A stretch of DNA of 54,115 bases. It comes from Actinomycetota bacterium (GTDB lineage: Bacteria; Actinomycetota; Humimicrobiia; Humimicrobiales; Humimicrobiaceae). The position numbers and the translations under genes were made by a program. Under the pieces are notes generated by a model. It was not told the origin of the DNA, did no database searches, and worked only from the letters and a program-made list of their open reading frames with translations. The stretch covers positions 1 through 54,115 of the forward strand of contig DUQM01000021.1 in the NCBI GenBank assembly GCA_012837825.1, in the 5' to 3' direction. Positions 1 to 7,506 of this stretch are shown piece by piece; the stretch's first letter is position 1, and each line of letters opens with the position of its first letter.

Positions 1-48
1 GATTGAAATATTCAGAATATATGATATATTACATCTTATTTGTTTTTT

Positions 49-127
49 CGGGGTGTAGCGCAGCTTGGTTTAGCGCACCTGCTTTGGGAGCAGGGGGTCG
101 GAGGTTCAAATCCTCTCACCCCGACCA
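49..127 (+). tRNA. tRNA-Pro (anticodon TGG), CCA encoded
   Basis: Cloverleaf read by hand. Acceptor CGGGGTG/CACCCCG, D stem GCGC/GCGC, anticodon stem CCTGC/GCAGG with loop TTTGGGA, T arm GGAGG-TTCAAAT-CCTCT, discriminator A, CCA at 125-127. Confidence 0.9.
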
Positions 128-130
128 CTA

Positions 131-256
131 GGAAATTAACTCGATCCGACTGCTTTCCTTGTACTTTTCCCTCATTTCGCAGACCTTTGACATCCTATTT
201 AATAAATAGATTCTGTAAGAACACTCGCCAGTGCTTTGCGAGCGAAAGGATTTTTC
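131..256 (+). repeat. Rr repeat copy 0 (126 bp, identical to 1571-1696)
   Basis: ggaaattaactcgatccgactgc...gcgagcgaaaggatttttc matches 1571-1696 base for base (offset 1440). Begins 3 nt after the tRNA-Pro CCA. Confidence 0.95.
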
Positions 257-293
257 ATCCTCGCCACTTTGAGATCTGGTACGCCAAAAGCTA

Positions 294-323
294 AATATTG
301 GCGAGACTATTCTCGCCAATATT
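294..323. promoter_or_regulatory. perfect 13-bp inverted repeat (aatattggcgaga-ctat-tctcgccaatatt) upstream of the Fic gene
   Basis: Left arm 294-306 is the exact reverse complement of right arm 311-323. Carries the TGGCGA motif that recurs in every island repeat. Function (operator or hairpin) is inferred. Confidence 0.4.
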
Positions 324-377
324 GATTTATCTATGCCAAATGAAGTATAATGGCTATGTAAAAATGGAGGCGATGTT

Positions 378-1421
378 TTGAGAAAGTTCGATTATTTAAA
401 ATTGATGAATCTATCTTTACCGGTCAGCATATACCATACGATAGCACAAATTCACGAGTATAAAGGCAAACAAGAGCTTTATGTGATCAATTATCCGGAT
501 GTCTTAGAAAAGATGATAAACATCGCAAAAATACAGAGCGCAAAGTATTCTAATGCTATTGAAGGAATTTACACCAACGATACAAGACTGCTGGAGTTGA
601 TGAATAAGAAATCTGAACCCCGGAACAGAAACGAGGAAGAGATTGCCGGCTACAGACATGTGCTCGACATGGTACACGAAAATTATCCTTATATAGAATT
701 CAGCAAAAATGATATTCTAACCTTACACAATCAACTATATTCTTACTCCCATGTTAACCATAAGGGAAAGTTCAAGACGATGGATAATACCATTGTTGAA
801 GTCAACAGTATGGGTAATAAAAAAGTAAGATTCAAACCGGTAAGCAGTTTTGAAACGGAAAAGTATTTCGACGAAATGGTAGCAGCTTATAGAAAAGCTG
901 TTAAAGCAAACATACCACCGCTCATTTTGATACCTGTCCTTATCCATGATTTTTTGTGCATACATCCATTTGACGATGGAAACGGAAGAATGAGCAGAAT
1001 ATTAACACTTCTTCTTTTATATAAATTTGATTATTTTGTCGGAAGATATATAAGTATCGAGATGCTGATTGAGGAGAGCAAAGATTCTTACTATAAGGAG
1101 CTTCAAAACTCAAGCGAAAAATGGCACATAGGTGAGAATGACGAACTACCGTTTATTAAATATATGTTGGCAATTATTCTAAAAGCATATAGAGAGTGTG
1201 ATGATAGATTTAAGCTGATAGGAGAAAAGACATTATCATCACCGGAGAGAGTGCTGGCGGTTATTCAAAAATCTCTGGAGCCGCTTTCGAAGCGAGATCT
1301 TGTTATGCTTTGTCCGGACATATCTCAAAGGACAATAGAAAGAGCCTTAAAAGAATTGCAAGAGAACGAAAAAATAAAGCAGGTAGGCGGTGGACGCTCA
1401 ACAAGATATGTCAAGATTTAA
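378..1421 (+). CDS. Fic family protein (AMPylase-type) with N-terminal inhibitory helix motif and C-terminal winged HTH
   Basis: Fic core motif HPFDDGNGRMSR. Inhibitory motif S-x-x-x-E-G present as SNAIEG upstream of the core. C-terminal SKRDL...SQRTIERALKEL resembles wHTH. TTG start 7 nt after GGAGG. Confidence 0.85.
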   Translation: MRKFDYLKLMNLSLPVSIYHTIAQIHEYKGKQELYVINYPDVLEKMINIAKIQSAKYSNAIEGIYTNDTRLLELMNKKSEPRNRNEEEIAGYRHVLDMVHENYPYIEFSKNDILTLHNQLYSYSHVNHKGKFKTMDNTIVEVNSMGNKKVRFKPVSSFETEKYFDEMVAAYRKAVKANIPPLILIPVLIHDFLCIHPFDDGNGRMSRILTLLLLYKFDYFVGRYISIEMLIEESKDSYYKELQNSSEKWHIGENDELPFIKYMLAIILKAYRECDDRFKLIGEKTLSSPERVLAVIQKSLEPLSKRDLVMLCPDISQRTIERALKELQENEKIKQVGGGRSTRYVKI

Positions 1422-1481
1422 ATCGGATTTTCTGAAGACAAATTTCAAAAATCTAAGACATGCAATCTTTTATAAGAAGCT

Positions 1482-1696
1482 ATTTGAGAAATATGCCACC
1501 CATTGACTGTTCTCAAACCATTGATTTTGTTGGATTTCTTAAAAAGCCCTGTATCGCCACTCGCACCATTGGAAATTAACTCGATCCGACTGCTTTCCTT
1601 GTACTTTTCCCTCATTTCGCAGACCTTTGACATCCTATTTAATAAATAGATTCTGTAAGAACACTCGCCAGTGCTTTGCGAGCGAAAGGATTTTTC
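1482..1696 (+). repeat. full Rl+Rr repeat unit (Rl 1482-1569, Rr 1571-1696)
   Basis: Rl (atttgagaaata...ttgattttgttggatttcttaaaaagccctgtatcgccactcgcaccat) recurs at 3246-3334, 4805-4892 and 6462-6522. Rr is identical to 131-256. Confidence 0.9.
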
Positions 1697-1861
1697 CATT
1701 CAATTATCGAATTAGATAAATTTGAAATTACTGATATATCAAATAATAGAAAATGCAGTACATATTCCGGAGAATAGATTAGCAATTGGATGTATAACTC
1801 AACTCGGAACAATTAAACCGTCAGATTTCTTTTTATTGATGTATCCTGTACAGTCAAATAC

Positions 1862-1952
1862 AATTCCCACATTAAAATCTCTGCATTTCCCACATTATAA
1901 CATGGGTATTTTTTAATAATTCCCACATTAAAATCTTTACTTTTCCCACATT
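1862..1952 (+). promoter_or_regulatory. iteron-like direct repeats: two 35-bp units, four TTCCCACATT boxes, upstream of the ATPase gene
   Basis: aattcccacattaaaatct(c/t)t(g/a)c(a/t)tttcccacatt at 1862-1896 and 1918-1952. Boxes at 1864, 1887, 1920 and 1943. TAGAAT at 1959-1964 and GAGGTG before the start codon. Confidence 0.5.
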
Positions 1953-1973
1953 GCAGGGTAGAATGACAGTGAG

Positions 1974-3245
1974 GTGAATGTAATGATTAACTATATGCCA
2001 CGGATTATGGATGAACTGCTCAGGCGAGAGCTCGAATCTTTTGGAGCTGTATTGCTGGCCGGACCGAAATGGTGCGGCAAAACAACGACGGCAAAACAAA
2101 TAGCTAGAAGTGTATTAAATTTGCATTCTCCCGATCAACAGGAGACTTACTTGCAACTGGCAGATATAAAGCCATCTCTGCTGTTGGATGGGGAGCATCC
2201 CAGACTTATAGACGAATGGCAAATGGCCCCGCAGCTTTGGGATGCCATACGACACGATGTGGATGTAAAAAGCACCGAAGGACTTTATATTCTTACCGGC
2301 TCTACATCTGTGGATGAAACCAAAATAAAGCACTCGGGCGCAGGGCGAATTTCAAGATTAAAAATGTACACAATGAGTCTCTATGAGTCGCAAGACTCCA
2401 ATGGCACGGTTAGTCTTTCAGATTTGCTTGAAAATTCGACTAATGTGGCGGCGAAATCTGACTTAATGATAGAGGACTATGCGCGCCTCATCGTCCGTGG
2501 AGGATGGCCGAGCACTATTGGCAAAAGCAATGCAGTCGTACAACGTCAGATTGCCGGATATTGTGATGCTATTGTAAAGTCAGATATGTCAACCATAGAC
2601 GGTGTTTCTCGGGACGAACGCAAGGTAAGTTCGTTACTTCGTTCGTATTCCAGACATACTGCCACCCAAGCGCCGAAAACTACAATACAAAAAGATATTT
2701 TGCAGAACAACGAAATGATGCATATCAACACCTTGGATTCATATATCAATGCGCTCAACCACTTGTTCGTAATCGATGATGTGCCTGCCTGGAGCCCGTG
2801 GCTTAGATCGAAAACATCAATTCGCACCGCAGACACTCGTCACTTTATAGATCCGGCAATCGCTGCATATTTCCTGCAGGCCTACCCACAAACCTTGCTC
2901 GGCGATATAAATACCTTCGGTCTGCTTTTCGAATCTCTTGTCGTTCGCGACCTGCGCGTCTATGCCCAGGCTAACTATGGCCATGTTTCCCATTATCGAG
3001 ACAGTAGTGGACTTGAAGCGGATATTATAATCCATTTATCGGATGGACGGTGGGCAGCGGTGGAAGTAAAACTAGGAAGCAAGCAGGTGGATGCAGGAGC
3101 CGCAAATCTCCTTGCCTTAAAAGAAAAAATCGATTCGAGCAGAACCCCTGAGCCCTCTCTACTCATGATAATTACCGGAACAGAATATGCCTATACGAGA
3201 AGTGACGGAGTTGTAGTTGTGCCACTGGGATGCTTGAAGCCGTAG
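1974..3245 (+). CDS. AAA+ ATPase, AAA_14/DUF4143 family (COG1373-like)
   Basis: N-terminal IPRI-type segment followed by Walker A GPKWCGKTT. Walker B-like LIDEWQ. C-terminal region typical of DUF4143 proteins. Start could also be ATG 1983 or 1995. Confidence 0.75.
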   Translation: MNVMINYMPRIMDELLRRELESFGAVLLAGPKWCGKTTTAKQIARSVLNLHSPDQQETYLQLADIKPSLLLDGEHPRLIDEWQMAPQLWDAIRHDVDVKSTEGLYILTGSTSVDETKIKHSGAGRISRLKMYTMSLYESQDSNGTVSLSDLLENSTNVAAKSDLMIEDYARLIVRGGWPSTIGKSNAVVQRQIAGYCDAIVKSDMSTIDGVSRDERKVSSLLRSYSRHTATQAPKTTIQKDILQNNEMMHINTLDSYINALNHLFVIDDVPAWSPWLRSKTSIRTADTRHFIDPAIAAYFLQAYPQTLLGDINTFGLLFESLVVRDLRVYAQANYGHVSHYRDSSGLEADIIIHLSDGRWAAVEVKLGSKQVDAGAANLLALKEKIDSSRTPEPSLLMIITGTEYAYTRSDGVVVVPLGCLKP

Positions 3246-3334
3246 ATTTGAGAAATACCCTGCTTATTGACTGCCATCAAAACATTGATTTTGTCGGATT
3301 TCTTAAAAAAGCCCTGTATCGCCACTCGCACCAT
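3246..3334 (+). repeat. solo Rl repeat copy
   Basis: atttgagaaataccctgcttattgactgccatcaaaacattgattttgtcggatttcttaaaaaagccctgtatcgccactcgcaccat. Followed by unrelated sequence rather than Rr. Confidence 0.9.
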
Positions 3335-3422
3335 AACAGATGAGGGGTTTGATAGAATTCGTCAATTACCGTTCTTTTTATGCTTTAAAGCCATATACCC
3401 ACTTCAATCAGCGTACGCTTTT

Positions 3423-4667
3423 TTATTCATGTTCTTTTATATTCAATAACCAATTTGAGATATCTGCAATCCTGATTCCTTCGTACAGATATTCCGGATG
3501 ACCTGTATTTGCTATAAGAAGTTTAGGATATGCATCCTTTATTTGCAGAAGAGGCATAACTTCGCGTTCCAAAGTTGAGCGCTCCGTTATATTATCAGAA
3601 ACCTGAATATATAGCTTTTCACTCTGTTTTAACGCAATAAAGTCAACTTCTTTTTGATATAATTTCCCGACATATACCTCATACCCTCTGCGCATAAGTT
3701 CTACAGCAACCAAATTCTCATATGCTCTACCATAATCCATGTTCCTTTGCCCTAATATCGCATAACGGATACCCAAGTCGCAAAGATAGTATTTATCAAG
3801 TGTTTCCAGATATCTCTTACCTTTGATATCATAACGCTTTACTTTGTAAAACATGAAGGCATCACAGAGATGGTCAATATATTTTCCAATTGTAACGTGA
3901 TTGGTAGATAGCGAACCGGCGTTCAGTTTTTCACTGATTTTATTGGGTGATGTTAAATTTGAAATATTGTCCATCATGAATTCTGTCAGATGCTCCAATA
4001 TCGAAGTATAGGGGAGGCGATACTTATCTACCAAGTCCCTGTTTACAATCGTTTTATAAACATCATTTACATAAGCTATTCTGTCTCGGTTTGAGGTGTA
4101 TTCATACGATCCGGCAAGCCCTCCCATCAAAACATAGCTATCAAAAAGTTTCTTTCTGTCGGTTTCTTCTGAAAAATATATGCAGAATTCATGAAAACTG
4201 AAAGGGAAAATAGGTATTTCAATAAATCTGCCCGTGAATAAAGTTGTCAAGTCTGAACTCAGCAAAAAGGCATTGGAGCCCGTCAGATAGATATCATATT
4301 TTTTGCTATTGTGCAGACTGTTTACCGCCAATTCGAAATTTGAACAAAGCTGAACCTCATCAATAAAAACATAATTACATACGTTAGGCTTATGCAGTCC
4401 TTCTATATGATCATGAAGTGCCTTGTAATTTTTCAATTCATCATATTTTAAATCAAAAAAGTCTACATAAATGACATTGGCTTTGCTATCTTTATCAAGT
4501 ATAAAGTCAATAAATGCTCGCATTAATTCTGATTTTCCGGAACGCCTGATTCCCGTAATTATCTTTATATCCGGAGTATTTAGAAGGCCTTTCAGCCTAT
4601 TTAAATAGGCTGTTCGTTCTATATATTTCATCCGGGCTCTCGCTTTCAAAACTTGAATTAAATTCAT
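3423..4667 (-). CDS. AAA+ ATPase, AAA_14/DUF4143 family (COG1373-like), second divergent paralogue
   Basis: Walker A GIRRSGKS, Walker B FIDEVQ, and overall architecture as for DUF4143 ATPases. Convergent with 1974-3245. The true start may be the internal Met at 4631 (MKYIERTAYLNRL). Confidence 0.75.
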   Translation of the reverse strand: MNLIQVLKARARMKYIERTAYLNRLKGLLNTPDIKIITGIRRSGKSELMRAFIDFILDKDSKANVIYVDFFDLKYDELKNYKALHDHIEGLHKPNVCNYVFIDEVQLCSNFELAVNSLHNSKKYDIYLTGSNAFLLSSDLTTLFTGRFIEIPIFPFSFHEFCIYFSEETDRKKLFDSYVLMGGLAGSYEYTSNRDRIAYVNDVYKTIVNRDLVDKYRLPYTSILEHLTEFMMDNISNLTSPNKISEKLNAGSLSTNHVTIGKYIDHLCDAFMFYKVKRYDIKGKRYLETLDKYYLCDLGIRYAILGQRNMDYGRAYENLVAVELMRRGYEVYVGKLYQKEVDFIALKQSEKLYIQVSDNITERSTLEREVMPLLQIKDAYPKLLIANTGHPEYLYEGIRIADISNWLLNIKEHE

Positions 4668-4804
4668 TTTTCGAAACCACTATAGCATACACTTTCGAAA
4701 TATCAATAATATTTTACTTTTGAAATCAAAAACTCCCACTCCGCCTTTTATATAGTTGCATATTTTCAAAATCTACCGCTATACTCTTTTGGGAGGAGGG
4801 GGTT

Positions 4805-5010
4805 ATTTAAGGAACATGCTGCCTATTGACTGCCATCAAACCATTGATTTTGTCGGATTTCTTAAAAAGTCCTATATCGCCAATCATGCCATTGGAAAGT
4901 AGTTGTATTTAATTACTTTCCTTTTATTTTTTCTTCATTTACGTTTATACCACCAATTTAATGACCAAGCCCTGTAAGAATACTCGCCACTACTTTGCGG
5001 GCGAAAGGAT
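4805..5010 (+). repeat. diverged Rl+Rr repeat unit (Rl 4805-4892, Rr-like 4893-5010)
   Basis: The Rl part is near-identical in its centre (attgactgccatcaaaccattgattttgtcggatttcttaaaaag). The Rr part is conserved mainly in its last ~45 nt (ctgtaagaatactcgccactactttgcgggcgaaaggat). Confidence 0.8.
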
Positions 5011-5039
5011 ATATAAATATCCCCCCTAAGCTTCGCTTT

Positions 5040-5092
5040 GTGGCGATATAAATGGCGATATATTTGCCTTATATGGCAATATATTCTATAAT
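5040..5092 (+). promoter_or_regulatory. putative promoter (TTGCCT-17-TATAAT) overlapped by three (T)GGC(G/A)ATATA direct-repeat boxes
   Basis: Boxes at 5041-5050, 5053-5062 and 5074-5083. -35 TTGCCT at 5064-5069 and -10 TATAAT at 5087-5092. GAGGTGA lies before ATG 5111. Confidence 0.45.
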
Positions 5093-5110
5093 ACAGCTGA
5101 GGTGATACTT

Positions 5111-6460
5111 ATGAACAAATATATTGAATCGGAGACTCTTGAACTGAAAAGCAAATATACAGACAGCTCTGTTCGTGATATTGTCGCATTTTTAAACTCA
5201 TCCGGAGGCACTATATATTTTGGTATAGCTGATGATGGCTCCATTAAGGGTGTAGAAAAAATTGATGAGACACTCCGAAAAATTGCTGATATCGTTTCCT
5301 CGCAGATAGAGCCTAATCCTGCCGATTTAATCAGTACCAGAATAATATACGAAGAATCAAAGCCGATTGTTGAAGTCGTTGTTTCAAAAGGCTTCTTTCC
5401 TTTATACTGCATCAAAAAGTACGGTTTCTCACAAGTGGGCTGCCCCATAAGAATCGGCACCAGTTGCAAGGAAATGGAGCCGGCTCAGATTCAAGCGCGT
5501 TATCAAAAAAGATTTGAGTCTTCCAGAGACTATATGACCGCAATACCGGTCAGATATGGAGTTATTTCTTTTAACACGCTACAGATAGCGCTCTCAAATC
5601 AAGGCTATCACATAAACAGAAATGCATTCGAAACAAACTATAGTCTAAGAAATAAGGATGGAGATTACAATTTGTTGGCTGGATTGCTTTCCGACCAAAA
5701 CATAATTTCCCTCATCATCGTGAAATTTCGAGGAAAAGATAAATCATCAATATCCGAAAGAACAGATTTTGGCCGAACATCACTGATAACGGCATATTAC
5801 AATATGAAGAACCGTCTGATTTCCGAAAATATTTGTATGAGCGATACGACGTTCCGCCCGAGAAAAGATACCTACTTGTATGACATAGATGCAGTTGATG
5901 AAGCTCTAATTAATGCGTTGGTACACAATGATTGGTCGATAAGTGAACCACTGGTTTCTATGTTCAACGACAGACTTGAAATAATTTCCTATGGAGGACT
6001 TCCCTACAAGCAAACAAAAGAGCAATTTCTTAAAGGTGTAAGTATTCCGCGCAACAGTGCTTTGATGCGCATTTTTCAAGATCTGGATATTACTGAACAT
6101 ACCGGGCATGGTATCCCCAAAATAGTCGAGTGCTACGGAAGAGAAGTATTTGATATTGCAGATAATTATATTAATGTGATAATACCGTTTGACCCGACTG
6201 TTCGAGATAATCATGGCAGCATAAGTGGCAATATAATTGGCGATATAAGTGTCAGTATAAATCAAAACTTAACAGATGGAGAGCGAGCGGTGCTTGAACT
6301 ATTGGTATTTAATCCAAAGACAACTCAAACTCAAGCCGCAACAACAATAGGTGTATCTAAACGTACAGCTTCAAGAGTCTTCGCTTCTTTGCGAGAGAGA
6401 GGTTATATTGTACGTGAAGGCTCAAATAAAAACGGAATCTGGAAAGTACTTAAATCCTGA
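5111..6460 (+). CDS. Schlafen-like AlbA_2 domain / HATPase_c_4 / C-terminal wHTH protein (COG2865-type putative regulator, often annotated as RecG-like)
   Basis: N-terminus ESETLELKSKY...VAFLNSSGGTIYFGIADDGSIKGV is the AlbA_2 signature. Central ALINALVHNDWS...GHGIPKIVE. C-terminal MarR-like wHTH (ERAVLELL...GVSKRTASRVFASLRERGYI). The ORF opens at GTG 5102, but ATG 5111 has the better RBS spacing. Confidence 0.75.
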   Translation: MNKYIESETLELKSKYTDSSVRDIVAFLNSSGGTIYFGIADDGSIKGVEKIDETLRKIADIVSSQIEPNPADLISTRIIYEESKPIVEVVVSKGFFPLYCIKKYGFSQVGCPIRIGTSCKEMEPAQIQARYQKRFESSRDYMTAIPVRYGVISFNTLQIALSNQGYHINRNAFETNYSLRNKDGDYNLLAGLLSDQNIISLIIVKFRGKDKSSISERTDFGRTSLITAYYNMKNRLISENICMSDTTFRPRKDTYLYDIDAVDEALINALVHNDWSISEPLVSMFNDRLEIISYGGLPYKQTKEQFLKGVSIPRNSALMRIFQDLDITEHTGHGIPKIVECYGREVFDIADNYINVIIPFDPTVRDNHGSISGNIIGDISVSINQNLTDGERAVLELLVFNPKTTQTQAATTIGVSKRTASRVFASLRERGYIVREGSNKNGIWKVLKS

Positions 6461-6461
6461 G

Positions 6462-6522
6462 ATTTTTGTTCTTTTGATTTTGTCGGTTTCTTGAAAAAGC
6501 CCTGTATCGCCACTCGCACCAT
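6462..6522 (+). repeat. truncated Rl repeat copy at the right end of the island
   Basis: ttgattttgtcggtttcttgaaaaagccctgtatcgccactcgcaccat. The 5' part of Rl is shortened. Followed by unique AT-rich sequence and the DapA-family gene. Confidence 0.85.
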
Positions 6523-6585
6523 CACTTTAAGTTTAAATCTTTTAAAACATATAAATATTTAAATATGTCAGTGAGATATTTAAAC

Positions 6586-7506
6586 TTATTTAAATTTTGT
6601 TATTCCGTGACTTTTAAAATAATCAGCAACATGCTTCCGTTCTTCAGGACTTATTGGAAGAAGAGGAAGTCTGGGGCTGCCCCCGAAAAAACCCCTGTAA
6701 TCCATTCCGAATTTGACTCCCGGAACTGCCAGTCTGCCCACAGTATTCTCAGACAAATCTATTAAGAAATTACTCAGATCTTCTGCCTCATCATATTTTT
6801 TCTCAACATATAACTGGTATAGTCTGCAACAGTATTCAGGCAGATAGCTGGCTGTTGATAAAACTGCTCCGATGGCGCCGCTCTGCAGTCCGCAATAAAA
6901 AGTCTTGACATTACCTGCAAGCAGATAAAAATCTGTTCCTTCCGGAATATGTTTTTTATAATCAGCAGTAGGATGAAATGATGAATTCTTCATAGCGATG
7001 ATATTCGGATGAACTGCAAGTCTGCTCATCAGCTCTGCAGAAATAAGCAGGTTAAAAGCAAATTTGGGTGCATTATATATTACTATGGGAATCGGTGAAG
7101 CTTCTGCAATAAATGAGAAATATTTAAACAATGCCTCATCACTCATATTTTTTACAAAATAGTGGGGAGTGAGTATAAAAGCAAAATCCAGCCCAACGGC
7201 TGCAGCTTTTTTAATGAAATCCACTGTTGATTTGGCTGATTCCCTTCCGCAGCCGGCAACAATTGTTTTATCCTCTGCTCTGCGTTTCTGAACAATATCA
7301 AGGATTTTTAGGGATTCCTCATCGGTCAGTCCCCGGTATTCACCATTGCTCCCAAGCGGCATATATCCTTTTAAAGCTGTTAAATTATACTTTAAAATGT
7401 TTTTTTCAAGTTCTGTATAGACTATTTCTTCAGCTTCAAAAGGAGTTATGATAGGTGCAAAAACACCTGACAATTTATCTTTACCGGTCCGGGACTTGCT
7501 TCTCAT
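6586..7506 (-). CDS. dihydrodipicolinate synthase / N-acetylneuraminate lyase family class I aldolase
   Basis: GVFAPIITPF N-terminus, GSNGEY motif, IVIYNAP, and candidate Schiff-base lysine in IIAMKNSS. Confidence 0.8.
   Translation of the reverse strand: MRSKSRTGKDKLSGVFAPIITPFEAEEIVYTELEKNILKYNLTALKGYMPLGSNGEYRGLTDEESLKILDIVQKRRAEDKTIVAGCGRESAKSTVDFIKKAAAVGLDFAFILTPHYFVKNMSDEALFKYFSFIAEASPIPIVIYNAPKFAFNLLISAELMSRLAVHPNIIAMKNSSFHPTADYKKHIPEGTDFYLLAGNVKTFYCGLQSGAIGAVLSTASYLPEYCCRLYQLYVEKKYDEAEDLSNFLIDLSENTVGRLAVPGVKFGMDYRGFFGGSPRLPLLPISPEERKHVADYFKSHGITKFK

Larger units (their letters stand above)
128..6522. mobile_element. tRNA-Pro-linked genomic island: array of repeat-bounded single-gene cassettes, no recombinase in window
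   Basis: Starts at the base after the tRNA-Pro CCA and ends at the last Rl repeat copy, just before the DapA-family gene. Contains 5 copies or part-copies of the Rl/Rr repeat and 4 accessory genes. The ATPase cassette at 1974-3245 looks GC-richer than its surroundings. Confidence 0.55.

Noticed and set aside
40-319. ORFs 40-294 (+) and 128-319 (-), and likewise 1445-1699 (-) and 3267-3449 (+)
   Set aside because: They overlap the tRNA-Pro gene or are made of Rl/Rr repeat sequence. Their similarity to each other simply reflects the DNA repeat. They have no RBS and no recognisable protein features.
4668-4775. Repeated TTTCGAAA / TTTGAAA palindromic boxes upstream of the reverse-strand ATPase
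   Set aside because: These are short AT-rich palindromes that occur easily in this composition. Two exact TTTCGAAA copies 24 nt apart are suggestive, but not enough to call an operator without comparative data.
128-6522. Canonical integron (attC sites) or CRISPR array as an explanation for the island repeats
   Set aside because: The repeat units are 60-215 bp long and separated by 1.2-1.8 kb of coding sequence, so this is not a CRISPR array. I looked for the attC layout (R''/L''...L'/R' imperfect palindrome, GTTRRRY core). Only one copy has GTTGGAT, while the others read GTCGGAT. No extended hairpin symmetry spans the unit, so these are not classical attC sites.
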